A DNA stretch of 64,000 nt from Candidatus Altimarinota bacterium. Its GTDB lineage: Bacteria; Patescibacteriota; Gracilibacteria; CAIRYL01; GCA-016699755. The stretch covers positions 96,001 through 160,000 of the forward strand of contig OY760935.1 in assembly GCA_963664295.1 (NCBI GenBank), given 5' to 3'. A program made the position numbers and the translations under genes. The stretch's first letter is position 1, and the number at the start of each line of letters is the position of its first letter. The notes under the pieces were generated by a model. That model searched no databases, was not told the origin of the DNA, and worked only from the letters and a program-made list of their open reading frames with translations. Positions 1 to 7,423 of the stretch are shown in pieces.

Positions 1-31
1 GGAAAATAGGCAAGCTTTTTATTTTAGAAAT

Positions 32-304
32 ATGGCACATAAGAAAGCAGGTGGATCCACCAAGAACGGCCGCGATTCCAATTCCAAGCGCCTTGGAATG
101 AAATTATACGCAGGTCAAGCAGTAAAATCAGGCAATATTATCGTAAGACAAAGAGGAACAAAGTTTTTTCCAGGCAAAAACACACGCCTAGGAAAAGATT
201 ATACAATCTTTGCCACTGCTGATGGAGTTATAAATTTTTCAGAAAAAAGATTAAAAAAATTTAATTCTCAAATTCACAGAGATATTTTTATCAATGTAGA
301 GTAA
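32..304 (+). CDS. rpmA: 50S ribosomal protein L27
   Basis: Diagnostic N-terminus [22 protein letters not shown] and [10 protein letters not shown]; 90 aa. Confidence 0.99.
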   Translation: MAHKKAGGSTKNGRDSNSKRLGMKLYAGQAVKSGNIIVRQRGTKFFPGKNTRLGKDYTIFATADGVINFSEKRLKKFNSQIHRDIFINVE

Positions 305-313
305 TTTAAATTA

Positions 314-967
314 ATGAAAAAAATATTTTTTGTCACAATAGTAAGCTTATCCATGTTGGTTGGGCTTATTTTTATAATTACTGCCAGTAAACACAGAGAC
401 CCAAATCTTGCTGTAGTGTCAGTAATTACAGAAACAGAGGCAGGATTTGATTTTCAAAAATATTTCACAGATCCATTGTCTGAAGGAAAAACAGAAGCAA
501 ACATACGCAGAGGAAAAGGGTTTTTTATCAATAAAGATGGATTAGTGCTTACAAATGCTCATGTGGTTTTTGGAGGCGACAAAATACAGGTAAAAATAAA
601 TAATTCTCAATATTATCCAGCAGAATTAGTAAAAGTTGATCATGAAAAAGACTTAGCCTTTATTAAAATAGATTCAAAATATAGAACACCATATTTAAAA
701 ATAGCCCAGCAGGAAGTTTTGGAAAATGAAGAAATATATACAATAGATCAAAGTGGAAAAATTTTAAAAACCAATAAAGACATAGAAATAGGCACAAAAA
801 GTTTTCAAAATACAGTTTTTACAGATTTGCAATTTGATATAGGAGACTCTGGTATGCCGATTTTTAATAATCAAAAAAAAGTGGTTGCCATTAACATGGG
901 AATTACTAGGGGATTAGGGCATAGCATTGCAACACCAATTAGCAATTTAAGTATTGACGAAAAATAG
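314..967 (+). CDS. Membrane-anchored trypsin-like serine protease (S1C/HtrA-like, no PDZ domain)
   Basis: N-terminal TM segment; GKGFFI, LTNAHVV (His), DLA (Asp) and GDSGMP (Ser) triad motifs; protein ends right after the protease domain. Confidence 0.85.
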   Translation: MKKIFFVTIVSLSMLVGLIFIITASKHRDPNLAVVSVITETEAGFDFQKYFTDPLSEGKTEANIRRGKGFFINKDGLVLTNAHVVFGGDKIQVKINNSQYYPAELVKVDHEKDLAFIKIDSKYRTPYLKIAQQEVLENEEIYTIDQSGKILKTNKDIEIGTKSFQNTVFTDLQFDIGDSGMPIFNNQKKVVAINMGITRGLGHSIATPISNLSIDEK

Positions 968-982
968 CTTGTTCGAGATAAT
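954..982 (+). promoter_or_regulatory. Putative sigma70 promoter for the tRNA-Leu array
   Basis: TTGACG-N17-GATAAT immediately upstream of the first tRNA-derived repeat unit. Confidence 0.45.
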
Positions 983-992
983 AAGCCACGCT

Positions 993-1465
993 TTTGAGAT
1001 GGTGGAATTGGTAGACGCGAAAAAGCTTAAGCGGGCCAAGTGGCTAAGCAAAAACCACAGAAAGAAAAAATAGCGAATAAAATCCTAGATTAGAATTAAA
1101 ATAAATGTACGGGCGGGTGGTGGAATTGGTAGACGCGAAAAAGCTTAAGCGGGCCAAGTGGCTAAGCAAAAACCACAGAAAGAAAAAATAGCGAATAAAA
1201 TCCTAGATTAGAATTAAAATAAATGTACGGGCGGGTGGCGGAATTGGTAGACGCGAAAAAGCTTAAGCGGGCCAAGTGGCTAAGTAAAAACCACAGAAAG
1301 AAAAAATCGTGAATAAAATCCTAGATTAGAATTAAAATAAATGTACGGGCGGGTGGCGGAATTGGTAGACGCGAAAAAGCTTAAGCGGGCCAAGTGGCTA
1401 AGTAAAAACCACAGAAAGAAAAAATCGTGAATAAAAATCCCAGTTAAAAATAAAGTTAACAATAC
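993..1465 (+). repeat. Tandem array of four 118-119 bp units, each beginning with the 5' end of tRNA-Leu
   Basis: Units start at about 993, 1111, 1229 and 1347, each with (GGGCGGG)TGGYGGAATTGGTAGACGCG (acceptor 5' strand plus D arm), then a degenerate anticodon/variable region and an A-rich tail. The intact tRNA starts at 1466. Confidence 0.95.
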
Positions 1466-1554
<89 letters not shown>

Positions 1555-1556
1555 TT

Positions 1557-1910
1557 TTTATCGGGGGCTTGCGTCGCCCCCCTCAGTGGCAAAGCCACTG
1601 AGCCTCCCCCCTCTCGCTCACTTCATTCGCCTTTGGCGAATTATGTTCGCTATTTTTTTAGCAAAAATTATGACCCAGAGTGGAGCAAGCTAGAGTAAAT
1701 ATGGCACGATTTATCGGGGGCTTGCGTCGCCCCCCTCAGTGGCAAAGCCACTGAGCCTCCCCCCTCTCGCTCACTTCATTCGCCTTTGGCGAATTATGTT
1801 CGCTATTTTTTTAGCAAAAATTATGACCCAGAGTGGAGCAAGCTAGAGTAAATATGGCACGATTTATCGGGGGCTTGCGTCGCCCCCCTCAGTGGCAAAG
1901 CCACTGAGCC
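1557..1910 (+). repeat. About 2.3 tandem copies of a 153-bp palindrome-rich unit directly after tRNA-Leu
   Basis: TCGGGGGCTTGCGTCGCCCCCC starts at 1561, 1714 and 1867. Internal hairpins: CTCAGTGGC-AAA-GCCACTGAG and TTCGCC-TTT-GGCGAA. Confidence 0.95.
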
Positions 1911-1953
1911 TTCTTCTTGCTTCGCTACATTTTACTGTTGGCGTTAAATCAAC

Positions 1954-4197
1954 TTATTGCTCTAGATAATCTAATAAGTGCTCTGTGGCAATTATTTTTC
2001 TTATAGTATCCATTGCTTCTTGAGGTTTATTTTTTAGAAAAGCAACTTTTGTGATTAACGTATTTAGAATTTCTTTTTCTATGTAGCCCAAAGTGCGATC
2101 ATGTGTTTCAGGGGTTTTTGGTGAAGTGCTAATTTTACATACTGCTAATCCAGCGTCGTCATCAAATGGTCTGAGTTTTTCAATAAGTTTTTCCACAATT
2201 TCTTTTGAGCTATAGTCTTCATTTTCTTGTCCTGGATGACCAACAATTGTTTTTAGGTGTTCTAATACGCCTTCTGGCGGATATGATCGTAAAGTGCAAA
2301 ATCCATCAGTATAACTAAGCATTATGTCACCTGGTTTTACTAACCTTATAATGCTATTTTTAAAATGATAAGGATTTGGAACTGGAGGTGGCATTTTTCT
2401 ATGATCTTGTTCATCACTTCTAAGATTAAGATAATTCATATTATTTTGAGTGTCATCATCATTATCAGTCAGTAGACATGGTGCTGGTTGTGAGTTACAA
2501 GACATAAAAGCCATTTGATGTTTTTCTTTTTTTGCTAATTGAGTATGCGGATTAACGCCAGATATAGGCGGAAAGACAAATATAGGGCTAAATGTGGTTT
2601 TTTGTTCATCTTCTTCTATTGATTTGGTAATACGATGGTAATATAGTTTTGCACTTTTATAAAAATCTTGAAATTGATTATAGAATTGATTACCAAAGAC
2701 TATTTTGGCAAGTTCTTTTATGATTTCACTTTCTTCTTTTACAGTATCCATATTCTTCAGAAAACTATTTGGATCAAAAGGTAATAAATTTTGCTCTTTT
2801 TTAAGCATGCTTATGAGGAAATATAAGCCTTTATCTTGAACAATATCTCTGTCTTTGACAGACTCTTCTACATCAGAAGTTAAATCTTTGCCACTCATTA
2901 TTTCTTCGCAAATATCAACAGCGACATCATGACCATGTCTTATCTCCATTGTGTCACCACCACTTACTCCAGGAAGGTCTCCAAGAGTAGTCATGACTAT
3001 TCTTTTGCTTGGATCTTTTATACAAGGCACATTTGCGCTAAAAACCCAATCACCACTTGTGCTTTTGTTTCGCCTGTAAAAACTCCATTCATCTTGACGA
3101 CCTGAATTGTCGAGTGGGCGATAAGTTACTTCTCTTTCTTTTGTATCTATTTTCTCTTTCTTTCTTATTCTTTCTTCCTCTTCGGCAATTTTTTTGCCAA
3201 AAAAAGCAGTAGAATAATTTTCTGGCACCTCTTTTTCTTCAAGTTTTCCCTCTTGTAGCATTGCAAATTTTTCTTGTGTTTTTTTTTCTAATTCTTCGGG
3301 CGAAAGGGGAGTATATGCTTGCGCTGAATTTTTTTCCAATTCTTCTTGTCTGAATACAACAAATTTTAAAAAATTTATCATACTTTGAGCATTGTTTATT
3401 TCAAGGTTTTCTATTTTTTTATAAAATACTTCTAAGGTGCTGTTTTTTGTTTTTTTGCTTAAAGTTGGTAAAGTTGTACCACTTGGATTTGATTGAGCAG
3501 GTAAACATTTAGATTTTATAAAATTTGCTAAGTTTTCTGGCAAATGTTCATCTAGTATTTGTTTAATTAGTTCTATTGCGTCTCCGAGTGTTAGATTTTC
3601 AATTATCTCATTTGTTTTGTCATCTATTTTATCAACAGGAGCTTGTGGTTCTTCTTCGACTTGAGCAATTTGTTCTTTTTTTGATTTATCGTCTGTTTGT
3701 TCAGCTGTTTCATTAACTACTTTATTAACTGAGTTGGCAACTCCTGCTCTTGTTTTTTTTATTTCTTCTATCGCGTTCATAAATTCTGCACGACCTTTTT
3801 CTATTGCTTTTTTGAGTATTGGATCTAGTTTTTCTCTTATTAAAAGTTGTTTTATAATGGCTAAGTGTGTTTTTAGTAGAGGTTTTAATGGCGGTTTTGG
3901 TTTTGTATCTTGTGTTGTTGCGGTTGGATTTGCTATGGTTTTCACAGGTTGTTCAGTGATGTCTTTTTGTTTTGCTTTTTCCTGGTTGTCCGCCTTCTCA
4001 ACTACATTATTAACCCCTGCTTTTATTCTTTTCATTTCTTCTATTGCACTCATAAACTCTGCATGACCTGTGTCAATAGCACTTTTTAACATTGGGTCTA
4101 AGCCATCTCTTTCCAAAAGTTGCTTTGTGACAGCTAAATGTGCTTTCAAAAGAGTTTTGAGTGCCGGACGAGCTTGTTTTTTATTTGGATTGCTCAT
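1954..4197 (-). CDS. Hypothetical protein with duplicated N-terminal helical module and C-terminal degenerate PP2C/SpoIIE-like phosphatase domain
   Basis: 747-aa ORF. C-terminal SGDW, LGDLPG, LVKPGDIMLSYTDGF and DDDAGLAVCKI resemble PP2C motifs (GD, DG, xGDxLxxxTDG, DDxTxxvv). Confidence 0.6.
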   Translation of the reverse strand: MSNPNKKQARPALKTLLKAHLAVTKQLLERDGLDPMLKSAIDTGHAEFMSAIEEMKRIKAGVNNVVEKADNQEKAKQKDITEQPVKTIANPTATTQDTKPKPPLKPLLKTHLAIIKQLLIREKLDPILKKAIEKGRAEFMNAIEEIKKTRAGVANSVNKVVNETAEQTDDKSKKEQIAQVEEEPQAPVDKIDDKTNEIIENLTLGDAIELIKQILDEHLPENLANFIKSKCLPAQSNPSGTTLPTLSKKTKNSTLEVFYKKIENLEINNAQSMINFLKFVVFRQEELEKNSAQAYTPLSPEELEKKTQEKFAMLQEGKLEEKEVPENYSTAFFGKKIAEEEERIRKKEKIDTKEREVTYRPLDNSGRQDEWSFYRRNKSTSGDWVFSANVPCIKDPSKRIVMTTLGDLPGVSGGDTMEIRHGHDVAVDICEEIMSGKDLTSDVEESVKDRDIVQDKGLYFLISMLKKEQNLLPFDPNSFLKNMDTVKEESEIIKELAKIVFGNQFYNQFQDFYKSAKLYYHRITKSIEEDEQKTTFSPIFVFPPISGVNPHTQLAKKEKHQMAFMSCNSQPAPCLLTDNDDDTQNNMNYLNLRSDEQDHRKMPPPVPNPYHFKNSIIRLVKPGDIMLSYTDGFCTLRSYPPEGVLEHLKTIVGHPGQENEDYSSKEIVEKLIEKLRPFDDDAGLAVCKISTSPKTPETHDRTLGYIEKEILNTLITKVAFLKNKPQEAMDTIRKIIATEHLLDYLEQ

Positions 4198-4895
4198 TTT
4201 TTATTAAGAGCTCTGAATAGTAATCACTAAGTAGTGCTTTAGTTTCACTGCTTAGCTCATTTTTTTCTATAATTTCACCTAAAGCCAATAGGTATTTTTT
4301 CATAAGTACACTAGTAGGACTTTGTTCAGCTTGCTCATCAATTTGTTCTTCGCTTAATTCAATAAGTAGATTGTTTATTTTTTCTACTTCACCCACTGCG
4401 CTGGAACCATCTGAGTCATTTACTGAGCAGTTTATTAAAAAAGACTTATCGGCTTGTTCAGTGATACTCACTTCTGTTTTTATATTATTTAAACTTTCTG
4501 TTGCATGTGTCATTTTTTTTGTCATATAAACTATTATTTCGCCATACAGCATATCTCCAATAGTGTCTAAAATTTTTCTCGTTTTTTCATCAAGATCTTT
4601 TTTTAGAATTAGTTTTTTAGTGTCTCTTATGAGATCAGCAATTTGATGCATAATAGGCGGTAATTCTGCTCTTGTTTCAATATTTTTAGGCCTGGGTTCG
4701 CCATTTGCTTGTTCAACTACATTATTAACCCCTGCTTTTATTCTTTTCATTTCTTCTATTGCACTCATAAACTCTGCATGACCTGTGTCAATAGCACTTT
4801 TTAACATTGGGTCTAAGCCATCTCTTTCCAAAAGTTGCTTTGTGACAGCTAAATGTGCTTTCAAAAGAGTTTTGAGTGCCGGACGAGCTTGTTTT
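3998..4895 (-). repeat. 183-bp identical direct repeat (3998-4180 and 4713-4895) encoding the shared N-terminus of two adjacent genes
   Basis: Sequences identical at offset 715. Both proteins read KQARPALKTLLKAHLAVTKQLLERDGLDPMLKSAIDTGHAEFMSAIEEMKRIKAGVNNVVE. Confidence 0.95.
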
Positions 4896-4912
4896 CTGTT
4901 TGGATTATCCAT
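4181..4912 (-). CDS. Hypothetical helical protein sharing its N-terminal ~67 aa with the downstream gene
   Basis: 243-aa ORF overlapping the start of the next gene, with a promoter upstream. Confidence 0.75.
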   Translation of the reverse strand: MDNPNRKQARPALKTLLKAHLAVTKQLLERDGLDPMLKSAIDTGHAEFMSAIEEMKRIKAGVNNVVEQANGEPRPKNIETRAELPPIMHQIADLIRDTKKLILKKDLDEKTRKILDTIGDMLYGEIIVYMTKKMTHATESLNNIKTEVSITEQADKSFLINCSVNDSDGSSAVGEVEKINNLLIELSEEQIDEQAEQSPTSVLMKKYLLALGEIIEKNELSSETKALLSDYYSELLIKNEQSK

Positions 4913-4948
4913 TTTGTATTATTGTATTAAAATTAAGTTATTCATATT

Positions 4949-4977
4949 ATTATAAACTTTTTTTGTTATAAAGTCAA
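4949..4977 (-). promoter_or_regulatory. sigma70 promoter
   Basis: Minus strand TTGACT-N17-TATAAT, 36 nt upstream of the ATG at 4912. Confidence 0.7.
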
Positions 4978-5054
4978 AATGTAGATATTTATTATCTTCA
5001 CTAATTTATTTTTATAAAAAAAATTGCTATATTGAAAATAATTATTGTTTAACA

Positions 5055-6188
5055 GTGAAAAAAACAGAAAATCATAATCAAATTAAGGATATTCAAAAGT
5101 ATTTTTTAATTGGAGTGCTTTTAATTTCGCTTTTTTTATTATTTTCTTTTATTAAAGAATTTTTTGGTACTTTGCTAGTTGCAGCTACTACTGTGACAGC
5201 AATTTATCCTGTTCATAAGTTTTTATCGAAAAAAATTAAAATTAAGCCCACTTTTTCTGCTTTATTAAGCCTGTTTTTATTAGTGGTAATTATTCTTATT
5301 CCTTTGACTATGTTTTTGGCCTCAGTAGTTAATCAGGCTTCTGATGCTTATTATTCTGTTAGTGTAAAAATTAACAACTTAATTGATGCTGATTTTGATC
5401 AATTTGCCTTACTGGAGAGTGTAAATCATTGGCTTTTTAATACATTTGGTGTGACAGAGATTTCTATGGATGATATTTTTGCAACTATTAGCGATTTTAT
5501 TGGGTCTGTGAGTAGTTTTTTGATTAAAAATGCTGGCAATGTTTTAAAGCAATTTTCTTTTTTTCTTTTACACATAATTATTTTTCTTTTGGCTTTGTTT
5601 TATTTTATTCGTGATGGAGATAAGATTATTAAATACACTCGTTCTTTAATTCCTTTGTCTGATAATTATAAAAATGAACTTTTTAGTAAAATGTATCAAC
5701 TGATGCATTCAATTGTTTTTGGTCTTTTTGGCGCGGCTGTGGTCCAAGGATTTTTGGTTGGATTAGGACTTTCCCTGGTTGGCGTGCATAATGCGGCTTT
5801 TTGGGGTGCAGTTGCAGCGATTATGTCACCTATTCCTTATATTGGCACTGCGGTTATTTGGGTTCCGGTTGTGCTTTCTTTGTTTATTGAGGGCAGAATT
5901 GGTGCTGGCTTGTTTCTTTTGCCCTGGTGTATGGTGATTGTGGGTTTTTCTGATAATGTTATTAAGCCTTATATTATTGGCTCTGCTGCTACTTTACATC
6001 CTTTTGCTGTTATGTTGGTGATTTTGGGTGGTACTTTTGCTTTTGGCTTTAAGGGGCTTATTTTTGGCCCTTTTATTCTTGCTATCACACTTGCTTTTTT
6101 ACATATTTATCAGTTGGAATATAGCGATGTTTTAATTAAAAAAAAGGCAATAAAAAAAGTTAGAAAATTAAATAAAACTAAAAAATAA
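5055..6188 (+). CDS. AI-2E (UPF0118/PerM) family transporter
   Basis: Multi-TM protein with FYFIRDG, IPYIG, DNVIKP and LHP...GG...FG..GLIFGP motifs. Confidence 0.93.
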   Translation: MKKTENHNQIKDIQKYFLIGVLLISLFLLFSFIKEFFGTLLVAATTVTAIYPVHKFLSKKIKIKPTFSALLSLFLLVVIILIPLTMFLASVVNQASDAYYSVSVKINNLIDADFDQFALLESVNHWLFNTFGVTEISMDDIFATISDFIGSVSSFLIKNAGNVLKQFSFFLLHIIIFLLALFYFIRDGDKIIKYTRSLIPLSDNYKNELFSKMYQLMHSIVFGLFGAAVVQGFLVGLGLSLVGVHNAAFWGAVAAIMSPIPYIGTAVIWVPVVLSLFIEGRIGAGLFLLPWCMVIVGFSDNVIKPYIIGSAATLHPFAVMLVILGGTFAFGFKGLIFGPFILAITLAFLHIYQLEYSDVLIKKKAIKKVRKLNKTKK

Positions 6189-6267
6189 TTAAATTTATTG
6201 TGTGAAAAGTTTAATTACAATATTAAGTAAGAATTATTGCTTGATGTTGTTTTTTGTAGCACAAAGC

Positions 6268-6322
6268 GAAAATGCTTCCCCATTAGTGCCGCCAAGCAAA
6301 AAATATTCGGAGAAACATTTTC
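6268..6322 (+). ncRNA. Candidate structured RNA motif, copy 1
   Basis: Stem GAAAATG(C)TTCCCC/GGAGAAACATTTTC enclosing AGTGCCGCCAAGCAAA..ATATTC; repeated at 6460. Confidence 0.45.
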
Positions 6323-6401
6323 ATTTTATTTTATCATAAAATTTTATAAGAAGTAAAGTGTTTTTTCCTATTATTTTTATATATAAAAAACAGATTTACT
6401 C

Positions 6402-6430
6402 TTGACAAATATTCTTTTTTATTATACAAT
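6402..6430 (+). promoter_or_regulatory. sigma70 promoter
   Basis: TTGACA-N17-TACAAT. Confidence 0.8.
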
Positions 6431-6459
6431 ATATAACGAAGATAACAAAAAAATATGTT

Positions 6460-6516
6460 AAAAATGCTTTCTCCCTTAAACAGTGCCGCCAAGCAAATAT
6501 TCGGAGAGACATTTTT
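6460..6516 (+). ncRNA. Candidate structured RNA motif, copy 2 (sRNA or 5' leader element)
   Basis: Stem AAAAATG(C)TTTCTCC/GGAGAGACATTTTT enclosing CAGTGCCGCCAAGCAAATATTC, about 30 nt after the promoter and ending in a T run. Confidence 0.5.
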
Positions 6517-6694
6517 TTATAATTTAACCCCATTTTAAACAAAAATTAAAATTCGGAAATTAAAAGTAAGTATTAATTTAGGCTGAAAAAGTAGTTTTTA
6601 CTCATTTTTTATTTAGTAAAAACAATCTAATCGGTTTTTAAAGAGCTTGCTTTACACAGAAGTCTTGGTGGCAAAAAATTTAACCCAAAAAAAA

Positions 6695-7342
6695 ATGACC
6701 GCCAAGCTTTTTTTAGTGATTATCGGACTTCTTCCGTTCTATATCCTGATCTTAAAAACCATTGAAAGTAAATCAGGATCTTCTTTCAAGCAACTGAGTA
6801 AGTTTTTTTACTGTGGAATTTTTGTCACGGTGCCGTTTACGATTTTTTATAAATTAGGGCTTAATGCTGGGATAATGCATACTTATTTTGGTGTGCTGGG
6901 GACTATTTTTTTGCTGGCATTGCTTGAAGAATTTTTGAAGTTTTATATTTTTTACTATTTAAATGACAAGGAGCATTCGCGACTTTATTTCTACCTTGTG
7001 CTTGCTTTGGGTTTTGCTTATGCAGAGAATGTGTTTTATTTTTTGGAGTCTTATGATTATTTTTTCTATAACTTAGTTGGTCTTTTTGCTGTGTTTTTTA
7101 GACTTATTCTTGGCAGTTTTGCGCATGCTACTTTTACTGCAATTCATGGACTTATTTTTAGTTTTAAGGTTAGAAGCTATTTGGGTCTTATTTTAGCCAC
7201 TTCTGTGCATTTTATTTTTAATTTTTTCTGCTCAGAAGGATTGGCAATGTTTTTACCTTTGCTTTTGTTGATGAACACTTTATTGATTATTAAATTATTG
7301 AAATATTCAAAATTAAGGAAAATTTGTTTTGTTGAACATTAA
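6695..7342 (+). CDS. PrsW-family glutamic intramembrane protease
   Basis: LLEEFLK, LGFAYAEN, HATFT and H..FN motifs in a multi-TM protein. ATG at 6695 preferred over TTG at 6647. Confidence 0.85.
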   Translation: MTAKLFLVIIGLLPFYILILKTIESKSGSSFKQLSKFFYCGIFVTVPFTIFYKLGLNAGIMHTYFGVLGTIFLLALLEEFLKFYIFYYLNDKEHSRLYFYLVLALGFAYAENVFYFLESYDYFFYNLVGLFAVFFRLILGSFAHATFTAIHGLIFSFKVRSYLGLILATSVHFIFNFFCSEGLAMFLPLLLLMNTLLIIKLLKYSKLRKICFVEH

Positions 7343-7423
7343 AATTGGCTGATTATTCTTGATTTTTCTGCTTTTTTTTGTTAAAATATTTAGATAAAAA
7401 TTGCTAGCAAGAATTAAATTTCA

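Noticed and set aside
3998-4912. Diversity-generating retroelement TR/VR pair
   Set aside because: The copies are identical over 183 bp, the few flanking differences are not adenine-specific, the repeat is N-terminal, and no reverse transcriptase is present.
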